Source of the DNA: a bacterium
GTDB taxonomy: Bacteria > UBA8248 > JACPRG01 > G963555815
Direction: 5' to 3'
DNA length: 64,000 nucleotides
Assembly (NCBI GenBank): GCA_965261595.1
Contig: CBDHDG010000006.1
Coordinates: 128,001-192,000, forward strand
Below the pieces are notes generated by a model. It did no database searches. It was not told the DNA's origin and worked only from the letters and a program-made list of their open reading frames with translations. Positions 31,982-42,241 of this stretch are shown here, piece by piece. Within the stretch, counting starts at the first letter, position 1, and every line of letters begins with the position of its first letter. The position numbers and the translations under genes are program-made.

Positions 31982-32490
31982 CAGTTGGTGTCCTCCCGGG
32001 ACATGAGCAGGACGAAAGGCTGCGAGGATTCCTCCGCGTTGGCCGCCGCCCGCTCCACCTGGGGGCCGATGGGCTGGGCGGGGTCCGTAGCGGCGAACCG
32101 CAGCCCCATGGCCCGAAGAACAGGCTCGGTCACCTGGCCTTTGGGGATGTGATAGAAGACCGGGTCCATCGGCGAACCCCGGTAGGACACGAGAATCAAG
32201 ATCGGAAATTGATAACGCTGGGCCAGACTGACCATCCCCGCGCCCATCGTGAGCAACCCGACGTTCTGGATCAGCATGACCGTCCGGCCCCCCCCGAGCC
32301 TCGACCCGCACGAGATCGACAGGGCCTCCTCCTCATGGGTCGCCCGGATGAGCGTCATCGCCGGGTCTTTATCAATCTCCACAAGCATCCGCCCCAACCA
32401 ACTGTCCGGGACTGAGACGGCCACCTTCATCCCGGCCTTCTTCAGGGCCGCGAGCGTTTCCTTCGGGCGGTGAGAACGAGCTTTAGCCAC
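31978..32490 (-). CDS. ThDP-dependent decarboxylase alpha subunit (ComD-like)
   Basis: SVPDSWL, THEEEALSI, LIQNVGL, PILILVSYRG. Confidence 0.85.
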   Translation of the reverse strand: MAKARSHRPKETLAALKKAGMKVAVSVPDSWLGRMLVEIDKDPAMTLIRATHEEEALSISCGSRLGGGRTVMLIQNVGLLTMGAGMVSLAQRYQFPILILVSYRGSPMDPVFYHIPKGQVTEPVLRAMGLRFAATDPAQPIGPQVERAAANAEESSQPFVLLMSREDTNW

Positions 32491-32826
32491 TTTGGATTTT
32501 CCGTGCGCCGCAACCGGCGTGGGTTCGATTCAGAGATGCGTTCCAAGGCCCACCTCGAGGAAGCCAGCCCAAATCTTAGCCAAAAACCCGAAGCACGACA
32601 AGGCGAGGATGATCCGCGAGGAGATCTCGGAACGATCGGCCGGTTGACCCGCTTCGGACCGCGCCCGGATAATGACTTCCCGGCGGGAGGAAGCGGGCGG
32701 CTTCCAAATGTAAAAGGCATTCTCCGGAAATCACGTTGTTCCGGTCCACCCGTGCGGGAGCGTCAACGCCGGCGCGTTTCGGGAAACTCCGGACCTGGGG
32801 GGAGAGGGGGGGGGGGAGCGTACACC

Positions 32827-33372
32827 ATGCGCCATCGGGATTCACCGATTCTCCGATTCCTGCTTACCGCCCTGGCGGCGGCGCTTCTCCCGTCCTGCGG
32901 CGGATCGGTCTCGGCGCCCGAGCAGGCGGCCCGCGCCTTTGTGGAGGCCTATTACATCCGCGCGGACCTGACGGCGGCGGGCCGTCTGGCAACCGGATTG
33001 GCCGGGGAAAAGATCGCGCGCCAGGCCCGATTGCGGAAATCCCCCCGAGACGCCCATTCCGTTCAGGGCGTCTCACCCGGACTCTCCAACCGGCGAAACG
33101 TTGAGTTCGAAATCCTCGAAGTCAGGGACCGAGAGGACGGCCGCAAGGTTTTCCGTTTCGGCTTGTCCATTTCCAATCCCCCGGTCATGTTGCGCCTGCA
33201 AACCCTGGTCACCGTCGGCAAGCGGGCCAAGGGAGGGAAGGGCCGTTGGACCGTCCTCAACTTCCTGGACATCGACCCGCCTCCGGCCCGCGGGTCCGGA
33301 AATCCGTCCCGCCCCATCGGGGTATCCATGGGGATCCCGGATCGCGCCTTGAGGAGGGAAGCCCCTGGTTGA
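32827..33372 (+). CDS. Hypothetical lipoprotein
   Basis: Leader MRHRDSPILRFLLTALAAALLPSC with lipobox; TGATG coupling to the next gene. Confidence 0.6.
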   Translation: MRHRDSPILRFLLTALAAALLPSCGGSVSAPEQAARAFVEAYYIRADLTAAGRLATGLAGEKIARQARLRKSPRDAHSVQGVSPGLSNRRNVEFEILEVRDREDGRKVFRFGLSISNPPVMLRLQTLVTVGKRAKGGKGRWTVLNFLDIDPPPARGSGNPSRPIGVSMGIPDRALRREAPG

Positions 33373-34100
33373 TGTTCCTTCACCCCCTCCCCCGAAGCGC
33401 CCGACCCGAGCTCCTCGACGCGGAGAGTCCGCCGACGGAGCAGCTCTCGGGCAATCTCCGGGACATCTCGCGCGTCAACCGGTTTCTTGGCGGAACCTCG
33501 ACCCTCATCCACGCGCTGGCGAGGGCGGCCCGGGCCGATTTCCCGAATCCCGGAACCCCCTTCTCGGTCCTGGACGTCGGGACCGGGGCGGGAGACATTC
33601 CCCGCGCGGTCGCGAAATGGGCCGAAGCGAACGGCCGGACCGCCCGCATTTGGGCCATCGACCTTCGTTCCGACATTCTGCGATTCGCGGCGGAGACCGG
33701 ACCCCGGCCGATCACGCTGGGTTTCGCCCGGGCGGACGCGCGCGCGCTGCCCGTCCGCCCCGCCGGGGTGGATTACATCCTGGCTTCTCTGGTTCTTCAC
33801 CACTTCGACCGGGACGCGGCGGTGGCCCTGCTGCGGGAATTTCGCCATTGCGCGCGCCGGGCCGTGATCATCAACGACCTCCATCGCGGGCGGGCCCCTT
33901 ACGCGGCCGCCTTCCTCCTCACGCGCATGACGACCCGGAACCGGATGACAAGATACGACGCCCCGCTTTCGGTCCTGCGGGCCTTTGTCCCCAACGAGCT
34001 GGACGCGATGGCCCGGGAAGCGGGTTTCGCTACTTGGCGCCTGAGCCGGTCGTTCCCCTGCCGGCTGAGTCTCATCGCGAGACCGGCGGGCGATCCATGA
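33372..34100 (+). CDS. Class I SAM-dependent methyltransferase
   Basis: VLDVGTGAGD, SLVLHHF, INDLHR, YDAPLSVLRAF. Confidence 0.85.
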   Translation: MFLHPLPRSARPELLDAESPPTEQLSGNLRDISRVNRFLGGTSTLIHALARAARADFPNPGTPFSVLDVGTGAGDIPRAVAKWAEANGRTARIWAIDLRSDILRFAAETGPRPITLGFARADARALPVRPAGVDYILASLVLHHFDRDAAVALLREFRHCARRAVIINDLHRGRAPYAAAFLLTRMTTRNRMTRYDAPLSVLRAFVPNELDAMAREAGFATWRLSRSFPCRLSLIARPAGDP

Positions 34101-34150
34101 CCCGAGATTTTCCGCTTGCGGGAATGCCCCGCGGACAAGAAGTTGATGAG

Positions 34151-34187
34151 GTAGGGGCGGGTACAGGAGTCAACCGGCCCACGCCCC
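34151..34187 (+). repeat. GTAG-REP-like repeat; inverted copy at 41321..41353
   Basis: GGGCGGGTACAGGAGTCAACCG...CGCCCC, 30/33 identical to the reverse complement of 41321..41353. Confidence 0.75.
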
Positions 34188-34325
34188 GAGGCGAGTAGCG
34201 CGGGTCAGTTGACCCTTAGCCCCCTCCCAATCGCGGGATTGGAGAACGAACACCCAGGCGGGGGCTGAAGCTTGGGGTTTGCGACCCTCCCCGCGCTACA
34301 CTTGAGGGGGGAGGCGCGAGAACCG

Positions 34326-34643
34326 ATGAATGATGATCGCATCAAACAGTTCGAAGAAGTCCTGGCCATGGACCCGGACGACCCCGTCGTCCGATACGGT
34401 CTGGCTCAGGAGCTGATGGACGCGGACCGTCACTCCGAAGCCGTCCCCCACCTCCGGGAAGCGCTCCGCGTCAAGCCCGACTACTCGGTGTGCTATCACC
34501 TTCTGGGCCTTTGCCTGGAAACGCTGGGCGATGCGGCGGACGCCCGGGAGGTCTACCAGGGGGGCATTGAAGCCGCGCGCGCCCAGGGCGACCTGCACGT
34601 CGTCCACCTCATGGAAGAGCGGATGAAAGGGATGGAAAACTGA
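34326..34643 (+). CDS. Small tetratricopeptide repeat protein
   Basis: DPDDPVVRYGLAQE...A..HLREALRVKPDYS..Y..LG..L TPR pattern. Confidence 0.8.
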   Translation: MNDDRIKQFEEVLAMDPDDPVVRYGLAQELMDADRHSEAVPHLREALRVKPDYSVCYHLLGLCLETLGDAADAREVYQGGIEAARAQGDLHVVHLMEERMKGMEN

Positions 34644-34892
34644 ACCGGCGGAGGCGCGGGTCGGTTGACCCTCATCCTCCGCTGGTTTTTGATGCGCCGC
34701 CGCATTTTGGCGGAGGCTAAGGGTCAATCGAAACGCGCCGTTCATCAAACGAATTCATCGCGTCCGGTACAGGAAAACATTTGGTTCTTTCTGAAGCGTC
34801 TCCCTATATATGGTTTTTCGTAAAAGGACAATCCGGCCCCCCGAGCTTGGCGTCCGGATGCCCATCCGCGATCTGAAAGAAGGTCAACCCTG

Positions 34893-35402
34893 ATGCTATA
34901 CGTCACACGAAAAAGCTGGATAGAGCTCCGCGATCGGCTGGTCCAGGTGGAAAAACAGGTTCGAGTCGACATGGCCGACGAGATCAAGCGCGCGGCGAGC
35001 TTCGGGGATTTCTCCGAAAATGCGGAATTGGACGCCGCGCGGGAAAAACAACAGATCCTGACGTTGGAAGTCCATCGGCTGAGAGAAAAACTGAGCCAGG
35101 TGGAGATCATCGACGACCTGGATATCGACGCGAGCCGCGTGACCATCGGCACCGCCGTCACCCTTTACGATCACGGACAGCAAGAAGAGATCAAGTGGAC
35201 CATCCTGGGCGAGGAAGACTCCAACCCCTCGGGCGGCGTGATCTCATACCAATCCCCACTGGCCAGGGGTCTCATGGGAAAAGAAGAGGGCGATGAAGTG
35301 ACGGTTCAGCTTCCGAGCGGAAACAAGGAGTTCGAAATCGTCTCCGTCGAGCCGGCCGAAATCGCTCCGCCCGACGCTCCCGCGGGGGACCATCAGCGCT
35401 GA
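34893..35402 (+). CDS. greA: Transcription elongation factor GreA
   Basis: GDFSENAELDAA, ISYQSPLARGLMGKEEGDEV. Confidence 0.88.
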   Translation: MLYVTRKSWIELRDRLVQVEKQVRVDMADEIKRAASFGDFSENAELDAAREKQQILTLEVHRLREKLSQVEIIDDLDIDASRVTIGTAVTLYDHGQQEEIKWTILGEEDSNPSGGVISYQSPLARGLMGKEEGDEVTVQLPSGNKEFEIVSVEPAEIAPPDAPAGDHQR

Positions 35403-35484
35403 CCGCCCCCCCCTCCGCCTCCCCCCTTCCGCGATTCAGCGCATCCCGTTCCGCGGAACCCCGGACAAAAGAAACTTCCGCTCC

Positions 35485-36516
35485 ATGAGCCAACCCCCCG
35501 ACGCCTTGAAACCGGAAACCGTCGAAGAAGTCGTCGACCGCCTCATCCAAGAATCCGGCGGCTCTCCGGACTCCGACCTCATCCGTGAAATCATGATGAC
35601 GGCCCTGAAGATGGCCCGCGACGGAACCGACCGCGGGGACCTCAAAATCCTGAACGCGGCCCTCAAAGAGCTTCGCTACGCCTTCAAGGTGTTCTCGCCC
35701 TACCGCCTCACCCGGAAAGTCAGCGTCTTCGGATCGGCCAGAACACCAGCCGATTCCCCCGAATACGAGCAGGCCCGAAGATTCGCCCGTCAGATGACTG
35801 AAGAGGGTTTCATGGTCATCACCGGGGCCGGACCGGGCATCATGGAAGCGGCCAACGAGGGCGCGGGGAAGGACATGGGATTCGGCATCAACATCCTCCT
35901 CCCCTTCGAGCAGAACGCCAACCCGGTGATAGAAGGAGACGACAAGCTCGTCCACATGCGATACTTCTTCACCAGAAAGCTCCTCTTCGTGAAAGAGGCC
36001 GACGCCGTGGCCTTGTTTCCCGGCGGCGTGGGCACGCAGGACGAGGGGTTCGAGATCCTGACGCTGATACAAACCGGGAAAAGCGAACCCCTGCCCGTCG
36101 TCTTCATCGACGCGCCGGGAGGAAGCTATTGGCGGGACTGGCTGGAATACCTCCGGACGCATCTGATCGACACCGGCAAGGTGAGCCGCGAAGACCTGTG
36201 TCTGTTCCGGGTCACGGACGACGTCGAGGAAGCCATCCAAGAAATACGCCGATTCTATTCGCGCTACCACTCCCTCCGTTTCGTCAGAGAGCGGCTCATC
36301 CTCCGCCTCAGCCGGCCTCTGCCGGAAGGACGGATCGAAACGCTCAACGAGGAATTCTCCGGCATCCTCCTCAAGGGACAAATCGAGGAATCGCCCGCGC
36401 TTCCCGAGGAAAGCAACGAACCCCACATCTCCGGCCTGGGCAGACTCGCGCTCCATTTCGACCGGACCCATTACGGAGGTCTGCGTCAGCTCATCGACCG
36501 GATCAACGACCCCTGA
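35485..36516 (+). CDS. LOG family nucleotide monophosphate nucleosidase (TIGR00730-like)
   Basis: VFGSAR, TGAGPGIMEAAN, YFFTRK, PGGVGTQDE. Confidence 0.9.
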   Translation: MSQPPDALKPETVEEVVDRLIQESGGSPDSDLIREIMMTALKMARDGTDRGDLKILNAALKELRYAFKVFSPYRLTRKVSVFGSARTPADSPEYEQARRFARQMTEEGFMVITGAGPGIMEAANEGAGKDMGFGINILLPFEQNANPVIEGDDKLVHMRYFFTRKLLFVKEADAVALFPGGVGTQDEGFEILTLIQTGKSEPLPVVFIDAPGGSYWRDWLEYLRTHLIDTGKVSREDLCLFRVTDDVEEAIQEIRRFYSRYHSLRFVRERLILRLSRPLPEGRIETLNEEFSGILLKGQIEESPALPEESNEPHISGLGRLALHFDRTHYGGLRQLIDRINDP

Positions 36517-36577
36517 GAACCGACTCCATCCGCCGCCGATTCTCGGCCGCCGGGGGGGGGGAGGGGGGAATTCACCC

Positions 36578-37384
36578 GTGGAATCGCCCGCACCCGCTGA
36601 AATGATCCTCCTCAGGCGGGTCACAAAAGTGTATGAAATCCCGCGCCGCGCGGGGGATCGCCGGCCGGAGGCCGTCACGGCGCTGCGCGACGTCAGCCTC
36701 TCCGTCGCCGCCGGAGAGTTCGTCGCCCTGATGGGACCCAGCGGATGCGGGAAGAGCACCCTGCTGAACCTGGTGGCGGGGATCGACCGGCCGACCGGCG
36801 GCGAGGTGCGCGTCGAGGGAAAATGCGTCTCCGCGCTGTCCGAGCGGGAGCTGACCCGGCTCCGGCGGAAAGACCTGGGCGTCGTCTATCAATTCTTCCA
36901 CCTCCTCCCCACCCTGACCGCGATCGAAAACGTGACCCTGCCCCTTCTCCTGAACGGGCTCTCCGGGCGGGAGGCTTCCGGGCTCGCCCGTGAAATACTG
37001 GACCGCGTCGGGCTGGCAAACCGCTCGGACCATCTCCCCGCCGAGCTTTCGGGAGGCGAGCTCCAGCGGACGGCCCTGGCCCGCGCCGTCGTCCACCGTC
37101 CGAAAATCCTGCTGGCCGATGAGCCGACCGGCAATCTGGACTCCGCCAAGGGTGAGGACCTGATGGCCCACGTTCGCGCCCTGGCGGGGGAGATCGGGCT
37201 CACCGTCCTTCTGGCCACCCACAGCCGGGAGGTCGCGGCGCGGGCCGGCCGCGTCATCCACCTGCGCGACGGCGTCCTGCGGGAAAACGTCCCGGGGGAC
37301 TCAGAAGCCGCCCCCTCCCCCTCCCCCTCTCCTCCCTCCACCCCTCGCGCCGATTCCATCGCCGCCCGGGACAATCCGTCTTGA
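36578..37384 (+). CDS. ABC transporter ATP-binding protein (LolD/MacB-type)
   Basis: GPSGCGKS, LSGGELQR, LADEPTGNLD. Confidence 0.93.
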   Translation: MESPAPAEMILLRRVTKVYEIPRRAGDRRPEAVTALRDVSLSVAAGEFVALMGPSGCGKSTLLNLVAGIDRPTGGEVRVEGKCVSALSERELTRLRRKDLGVVYQFFHLLPTLTAIENVTLPLLLNGLSGREASGLAREILDRVGLANRSDHLPAELSGGELQRTALARAVVHRPKILLADEPTGNLDSAKGEDLMAHVRALAGEIGLTVLLATHSREVAARAGRVIHLRDGVLRENVPGDSEAAPSPSPSPPSTPRADSIAARDNPS

Positions 37385-40044
37385 CGCCGGACCTGTTTCT
37401 CCTTCGGAGATTGAGTTTCCGCTCGGTGCGGACTCATCCGGGCCGGACGGTCCTGACCCTGGCCGGCGTCGCCCTCGGGGTGGGGGTCTTCCTGGGCATC
37501 CGCTTGGCGAACCAGGGGACCCTCGCCGGGTTTCGGAACACCTTCAACGCCGTCGCGGGCCGCGCGGCGCTGGAAGTCACGGCGCAGGGCGAGCCCTTCG
37601 ACGAGGGGGTCTTCGCTAAAATTCGGGAGACGCCGGGTGTCCGGCTCGCTAGTCCGGTCCTCCTGTCCCTGGTGGCGGCCCTGCCCGGAAAGGCCGCGCC
37701 CGAGGGGGAGGAGAAGGGGGAGGCCGGACCCGGGAGCGAGACGCCCGGACCGGACAAGCCCCAAGGCGTTCCCCTGCTGATCCTGGGCATCGACATCCTC
37801 TCGGAGGGAACATTCCGGGATTACGAGTTCGCCGGGGAGGAGAAAACCCCTCCGGAGGACATCGATCGAATTCTGCGGCGGCTTCTGGCCCCGGACACGA
37901 TCTTCGTCACGGATCGATTCGCGGCCCGCTACGGCCTCCGGGCCCGGGACGCGCTCGTTGTGATCGGGCCCGCCGGGCCTCGCCGTCTCACCATTCAAGG
38001 GCTTCTCCGGTCCGCCGGAGGGGGAAAGGCCTCTCCGGCCTCCGCCATGGACGGGAGCGTGGCCTTGATGGACATCGCCGCCGCCCAGGAGACCTTCGGC
38101 CGGCTGGGCCGTCTGGACCGCGTGGACGTTCTGCCGAATCCGGACATCGACCTGGAGAAGCTGGCGGAAAGAATCCGCCGGGTCCTGCCGGGCGGCCTGT
38201 CCGTCGCCCGTCCGACCCGCCGGAGCCGGCAATCCGAGCGGCTCCTGGAGGCGTTTCAGCTCAACCTGACGATCCTGAGCTACATCGCGCTCCTGGTGGG
38301 GCTGTTCATCATCTACAACACCATGAGCGTCACCGTCGTCCGGCGAAGACACGAGTGGGGCGTCCTCCGGTCCCTGGGGGTGGACCGCCGCGGGATCGTC
38401 GGGTTCGTCCTGCTTGAAGCGGCGGTCCAGGGGGTGGCGGGCGCCGGCCTGGGGATCCTGCTGGGAACGGTCCTCGGGCGGGCCGCCTTGGGGGCGGTCA
38501 GCCGCACCGTCGGCAGCCTTTACGTCCCGGTGGGCGCCGCCCAGGTGAGCCTGACGCCGGCGGAGGTCCTCCTCGCGCTGGGGGCGGGAACGGCGAGCGC
38601 CCTGCTGTCGGCCCTGCTTCCCGCGGCGGCGGCCGCCAAGATGAGCGTCCGCGAGTCCATCCACCGCGGAGACGCAACAACGGCAAGACAAGCCCGGACG
38701 GGATGGACGGCCGCCGCGGGACTCTCCCTGTTGGGAACCGCCGCTTTGCTGACGCGGCTCGACCCCATCCACGGGGTCCCCCTCTTCGGATATCTATCCG
38801 CCTTCGGGATCGTCGCCGGATTCGCGCTGTTGACGCCCTTGTCGCTGCGCCTGTTTTCGACCCTCTTCAGATTCTCTCGTCTTTCGTCGGGCGGCCCCGT
38901 CGGGATGCTGATTGATTTGACCCGGTCGGCGGGAAAGAACGGCGTGGCCGTCGCCTCCCTCGCCCTCGCCGTCGCCATGCTGGTCAGCGTGTCCATCATG
39001 GTCGCGAGCTTCCGGTCGACGATGGAGTCCTGGATCGGCCGCCGCCTGCGGGCCGACCTCTACGTCAATCCCATTGTGCGCTTCATCGGAAACCGCTCGG
39101 CCGTCCTTCCCCGTGGCGCCGCCGAGACGGCCGCCCGAACGCGGGGCGTCTTGGCCGTGGATGGATTCCGCACCCGCCGAATCACGTATCGGGACTGGCG
39201 CATCCTCCTCGGCGCGGGCGACCTCCGGGTCCTGCGGGACCACGGCGGGTTGACCTTTCTCTCCGGGGACCGGCGTGACATCCTGGACCGGGCCCGGGCG
39301 AAGGGCGAGGCGCTGGTTTCCGAGGTGTTCTCCAACCGGTTCGGCCTCGGGCGCGGCGATCGGGTGACCCTGGACACCGCCCAAGGCCCCCGCCCCTTCC
39401 GAATCGCGGGCGTCTTTTACGATTACTCGACGGAAGGAGGCCTCGTGATCCTGGACAGGGGGCTCTACCGGCGGCTTTGGGAGGACGATCGGCTCAGCGC
39501 GCTGGCGGTCTATGTCCAACCGGGGGCCGATCCTGGCCGGGTGAAGGAGGACCTCTACGCGGCGCTCGGGGCCCGGCGCGGCGTGGCCGTCTTCGAAAAC
39601 CGCCGCCTGCGCCGCCACATCCTGCGGATCTTCGATCAAACCTTCGCCATCACTTACGCCCTGGAGGGGGTCGCCCTCGTGACGGCGGTGCTGGGCATCG
39701 TGACGGTCCTTTTAACAAACGTCCTGGAGAGGACCCGGGAGATCGGCCTCCTTCGCGTCATCGGCTTTGATCGAAAACAGGTCGCGGCCTGGGTGGTCGG
39801 CGAGGCGGCGGCCATCGGAATCCTGGCCAACACCCTCGGGCTGCTGGCCGGCGGGCCGTTGGCCCTGATCCTGATCTTCGTCATCAACAAGCAGTCCTTC
39901 GGCTGGACGATTCAGCTCCACTGGCCCCCGATCCAGCTTGCCGGTTATTTTGGATTGACGCTGGCGGCGGCGCTGCTGGGCGCCCTGTGGCCCGCCCGGG
40001 CGGCGGCGAACGTCGAGGTGAAGGAGGCCATCCACTTTGAATAG
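37381..40044 (+). CDS. ABC transporter permease, tandem MacB/FtsX domains
   Basis: Two FtsX-type halves (RRRHEWGVLRSLG, ERTREIGLLRVIG), INKQSFGWT. Confidence 0.88.
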   Translation: MTPDLFLLRRLSFRSVRTHPGRTVLTLAGVALGVGVFLGIRLANQGTLAGFRNTFNAVAGRAALEVTAQGEPFDEGVFAKIRETPGVRLASPVLLSLVAALPGKAAPEGEEKGEAGPGSETPGPDKPQGVPLLILGIDILSEGTFRDYEFAGEEKTPPEDIDRILRRLLAPDTIFVTDRFAARYGLRARDALVVIGPAGPRRLTIQGLLRSAGGGKASPASAMDGSVALMDIAAAQETFGRLGRLDRVDVLPNPDIDLEKLAERIRRVLPGGLSVARPTRRSRQSERLLEAFQLNLTILSYIALLVGLFIIYNTMSVTVVRRRHEWGVLRSLGVDRRGIVGFVLLEAAVQGVAGAGLGILLGTVLGRAALGAVSRTVGSLYVPVGAAQVSLTPAEVLLALGAGTASALLSALLPAAAAAKMSVRESIHRGDATTARQARTGWTAAAGLSLLGTAALLTRLDPIHGVPLFGYLSAFGIVAGFALLTPLSLRLFSTLFRFSRLSSGGPVGMLIDLTRSAGKNGVAVASLALAVAMLVSVSIMVASFRSTMESWIGRRLRADLYVNPIVRFIGNRSAVLPRGAAETAARTRGVLAVDGFRTRRITYRDWRILLGAGDLRVLRDHGGLTFLSGDRRDILDRARAKGEALVSEVFSNRFGLGRGDRVTLDTAQGPRPFRIAGVFYDYSTEGGLVILDRGLYRRLWEDDRLSALAVYVQPGADPGRVKEDLYAALGARRGVAVFENRRLRRHILRIFDQTFAITYALEGVALVTAVLGIVTVLLTNVLERTREIGLLRVIGFDRKQVAAWVVGEAAAIGILANTLGLLAGGPLALILIFVINKQSFGWTIQLHWPPIQLAGYFGLTLAAALLGALWPARAAANVEVKEAIHFE

Positions 40045-41221
40045 CTTCCGGGCGTCGGATGCGGCCGTCTGGGTCCTGGCAGCGGCGCTGGCGGGGACGC
40101 CGGCCTCTTTCGGGCAATCCGCCGAGAAGACCGCCGCCGGATTTCTGACGGCCCGGCCGGGGCGCCCCTACCGGTTCCCCCGGGACCACGCCTCTCACCC
40201 CGGCTTCAAGACCGAATGGTGGTACTACACCGGCCACCTGAAAGCGGAATCGGGAGAGCGGTTCGGCTTCCAGCTCACGTTCTTTCGCAGCGGTCTCAGG
40301 CCCTCACCCTCCCCCTCCACTCCGGCCGGGGCCGGGGCCTCCAGGCCGAGATCGCGCTGGGCGGTGACGGACCTCTACTTCGCCCACTTCGCCCTGTCCG
40401 ACCACGCGAAGAAGACCTTTCTTTTCGATGAGCGGATGAGCCGCGGCGCGCTGGGCGAAGCCGGCGCGGGAAAGACCCGCTACAAGGTCTGGGTCGGGAG
40501 CTGGCGGGCGGAAGCCCTGGGGCCGGACGCGGGAGCGGCGCACCGGTTGGCGGCGGAGAGCGCCGGCTTCGGCATCGACCTGAAGGTCCGGCCGAGGAAA
40601 CCGCCCGTCATTCACGGCCTGGACGGGACCAGCCGAAAGGGCGCCGCCGCCGGGCAGGCCTCCCACTACATCTCCCTGACCCGGATGGAGGTCTCGGGGA
40701 CACTGTGGATTGGCCCGGGCGCGAAGCGGAGAAAGCTGGCGGTCACCGGCTCGGCCTGGATGGACCACGAGTTCGGGTCGAGCCAATTGGGAAAGGATCA
40801 AGTGGGCTGGGACTGGTTCAGCTTCCAACTGGAAACCGGAGCGGAGGTCATGCTTTACCGGATGCGCCGGAAGGACGGCTCGGTCGATCCGTTCTCGAGC
40901 GGGACCTGGGTCGGCCAAGACGGAAAGACCCGTCACCTGCCGCGAGGGGCCTTCGAGGTGAAGGTCCTGAAAACCTGGAAGAGCAAGAAGTCCGGCGGGG
41001 AATACCCGATCCGCTGGCGGGTCCGCATCCCGTCTCGAAGGGCCTCCTTTTTGGTCGAGCCTGTTTTTCCGGAACAGGAGCTGGTCACGCGGAAGAGCAC
41101 GAAGGTGACGTACTGGGAAGGGGCCGTGCGGGTCAGCGGCGAGGCGGAGGGCAAGCCCGTCCGGGGGAGAGGGTACGTCGAGATGACCGGCTACGCGGGG
41201 GCGTTTCGGAAGAAGATTTGA
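40037..41221 (+). CDS. Secreted AttH/CrtC-like lipocalin-fold protein
   Basis: FPRDHASHPGFKTEWWYYTG, AWMDHEF, GWDWFS, YWEG, GYVEMTGY. Confidence 0.85.
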   Translation: MNSFRASDAAVWVLAAALAGTPASFGQSAEKTAAGFLTARPGRPYRFPRDHASHPGFKTEWWYYTGHLKAESGERFGFQLTFFRSGLRPSPSPSTPAGAGASRPRSRWAVTDLYFAHFALSDHAKKTFLFDERMSRGALGEAGAGKTRYKVWVGSWRAEALGPDAGAAHRLAAESAGFGIDLKVRPRKPPVIHGLDGTSRKGAAAGQASHYISLTRMEVSGTLWIGPGAKRRKLAVTGSAWMDHEFGSSQLGKDQVGWDWFSFQLETGAEVMLYRMRRKDGSVDPFSSGTWVGQDGKTRHLPRGAFEVKVLKTWKSKKSGGEYPIRWRVRIPSRRASFLVEPVFPEQELVTRKSTKVTYWEGAVRVSGEAEGKPVRGRGYVEMTGYAGAFRKKI

Positions 41222-41391
41222 GTCTATTCAACCCGAGTCAGGGCCGGTGCAGATGCCGGCCGGCTCGCGCCCAGCCGCTTCTGCATGGCCGACGATGGAC
41301 GCGCATGGAGATCTAGGGGCGGGGCGAGAGTCGGTTGACTCCTGTACCCGCCCTTGTTGATGCAGACTTCGAGGGGCGTAGAGAATCTCGC

Positions 41392-42042
41392 TTAATGCCT
41401 GATAATTCCAGACATCTTCGCCGCTCTCACGAGGTCCTCCCCTGCTTTCTTCTTATTGCCCGCACGAGGGAAATAGGTTAGATGTAGAATGAGGGCTTTT
41501 TCTCGAATGACTCCCTTATACTCTCCACGGATATCCTTGAGTTTGCTTGAGAGTTTTATTTTCGATGGAACACTGCATCCATGGGTTCTTAAAATAGAAC
41601 GTACAGGTGCTTTCCCAAAAGCTATCACTCGACCGGGTTCAATAAGCTGCAATTCGCGTCCGAAATGATATGGAGCACACAAATCGATAACTTCTATAGG
41701 TGGATTTTCGAATCCAGCTTTCTCAGGGGCAATTGCACATTTTACTGCGTGAATGAATGCGAGCCCACGATCCAATAATTCGCTCCATTCAAGCTCCAGT
41801 GCGTCCGCAATAAATTTTCGAAGATTGTCATTTGGATCATTGGTTGCCGATTTTGCCGGCAATTGTTCCTGAACACTCTTTTTATAAGGTGGAGCAATTC
41901 CGACCACGAGAAGTCTGACGGATCTCCTATGTAATTCAGTCTGTTGACGAATATTGCATTCGACTTTGTGAAAGTCCTTACATCTGTCACAATGCCATAT
42001 TGCTTTCTGGATTTCCTGCCAAACAACGGACGCTGAATCCAT
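41392..42042 (-). CDS. Uracil-DNA glycosylase superfamily protein, AT-rich
   Basis: N-terminal CDRC..C, VVGIAPP, HAVKCA...PP..VI..C..HFGRELQLIEP..VIAFGK, matching the family 4/5 UDG layout. Confidence 0.65.
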   Translation of the reverse strand: MDSASVVWQEIQKAIWHCDRCKDFHKVECNIRQQTELHRRSVRLLVVGIAPPYKKSVQEQLPAKSATNDPNDNLRKFIADALELEWSELLDRGLAFIHAVKCAIAPEKAGFENPPIEVIDLCAPYHFGRELQLIEPGRVIAFGKAPVRSILRTHGCSVPSKIKLSSKLKDIRGEYKGVIREKALILHLTYFPRAGNKKKAGEDLVRAAKMSGIIRH

Positions 42043-42060
42043 TTGTTCGTAAACTCCAAC

Positions 42061-42087
42061 AGACGCTTCGCTTCGCTCAGGATGACA
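42061..42087 (-). repeat. TGTCATCCTGAGCGAAGCGAAG-type REP motif
   Basis: Minus strand TGTCATCCTGAGCGAAGCGAAGCGTCT directly upstream of the UDG-like gene. Confidence 0.55.
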
Positions 42088-42241
42088 TGGAAAGCAAAAA
42101 TCCTGCTTCGGGACAAAAATAGAGGGTGGGATCTTTCGCCGGAATTCTCATAAACAAGTTCTCTTTGATGAGGCCACTAGGAGAATTGCCCTTGGGGTCT
42201 TTTCTCAGATCGTGGCCGATGCACCCATCGGTCCTCTTTCC

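Noticed and set aside
32515..32540. GGGTTCGATTC resembling a tRNA T-loop
   Set aside because: The flanks do not pair into a T-stem, and there is no acceptor stem or anticodon arm.
36578..41221. ABC ATPase + double FtsX permease + lipocalin-like protein as a novel system, or as carotenoid synthesis
   Set aside because: This is a widespread AttE-H-like arrangement, and no carotenoid genes are nearby.
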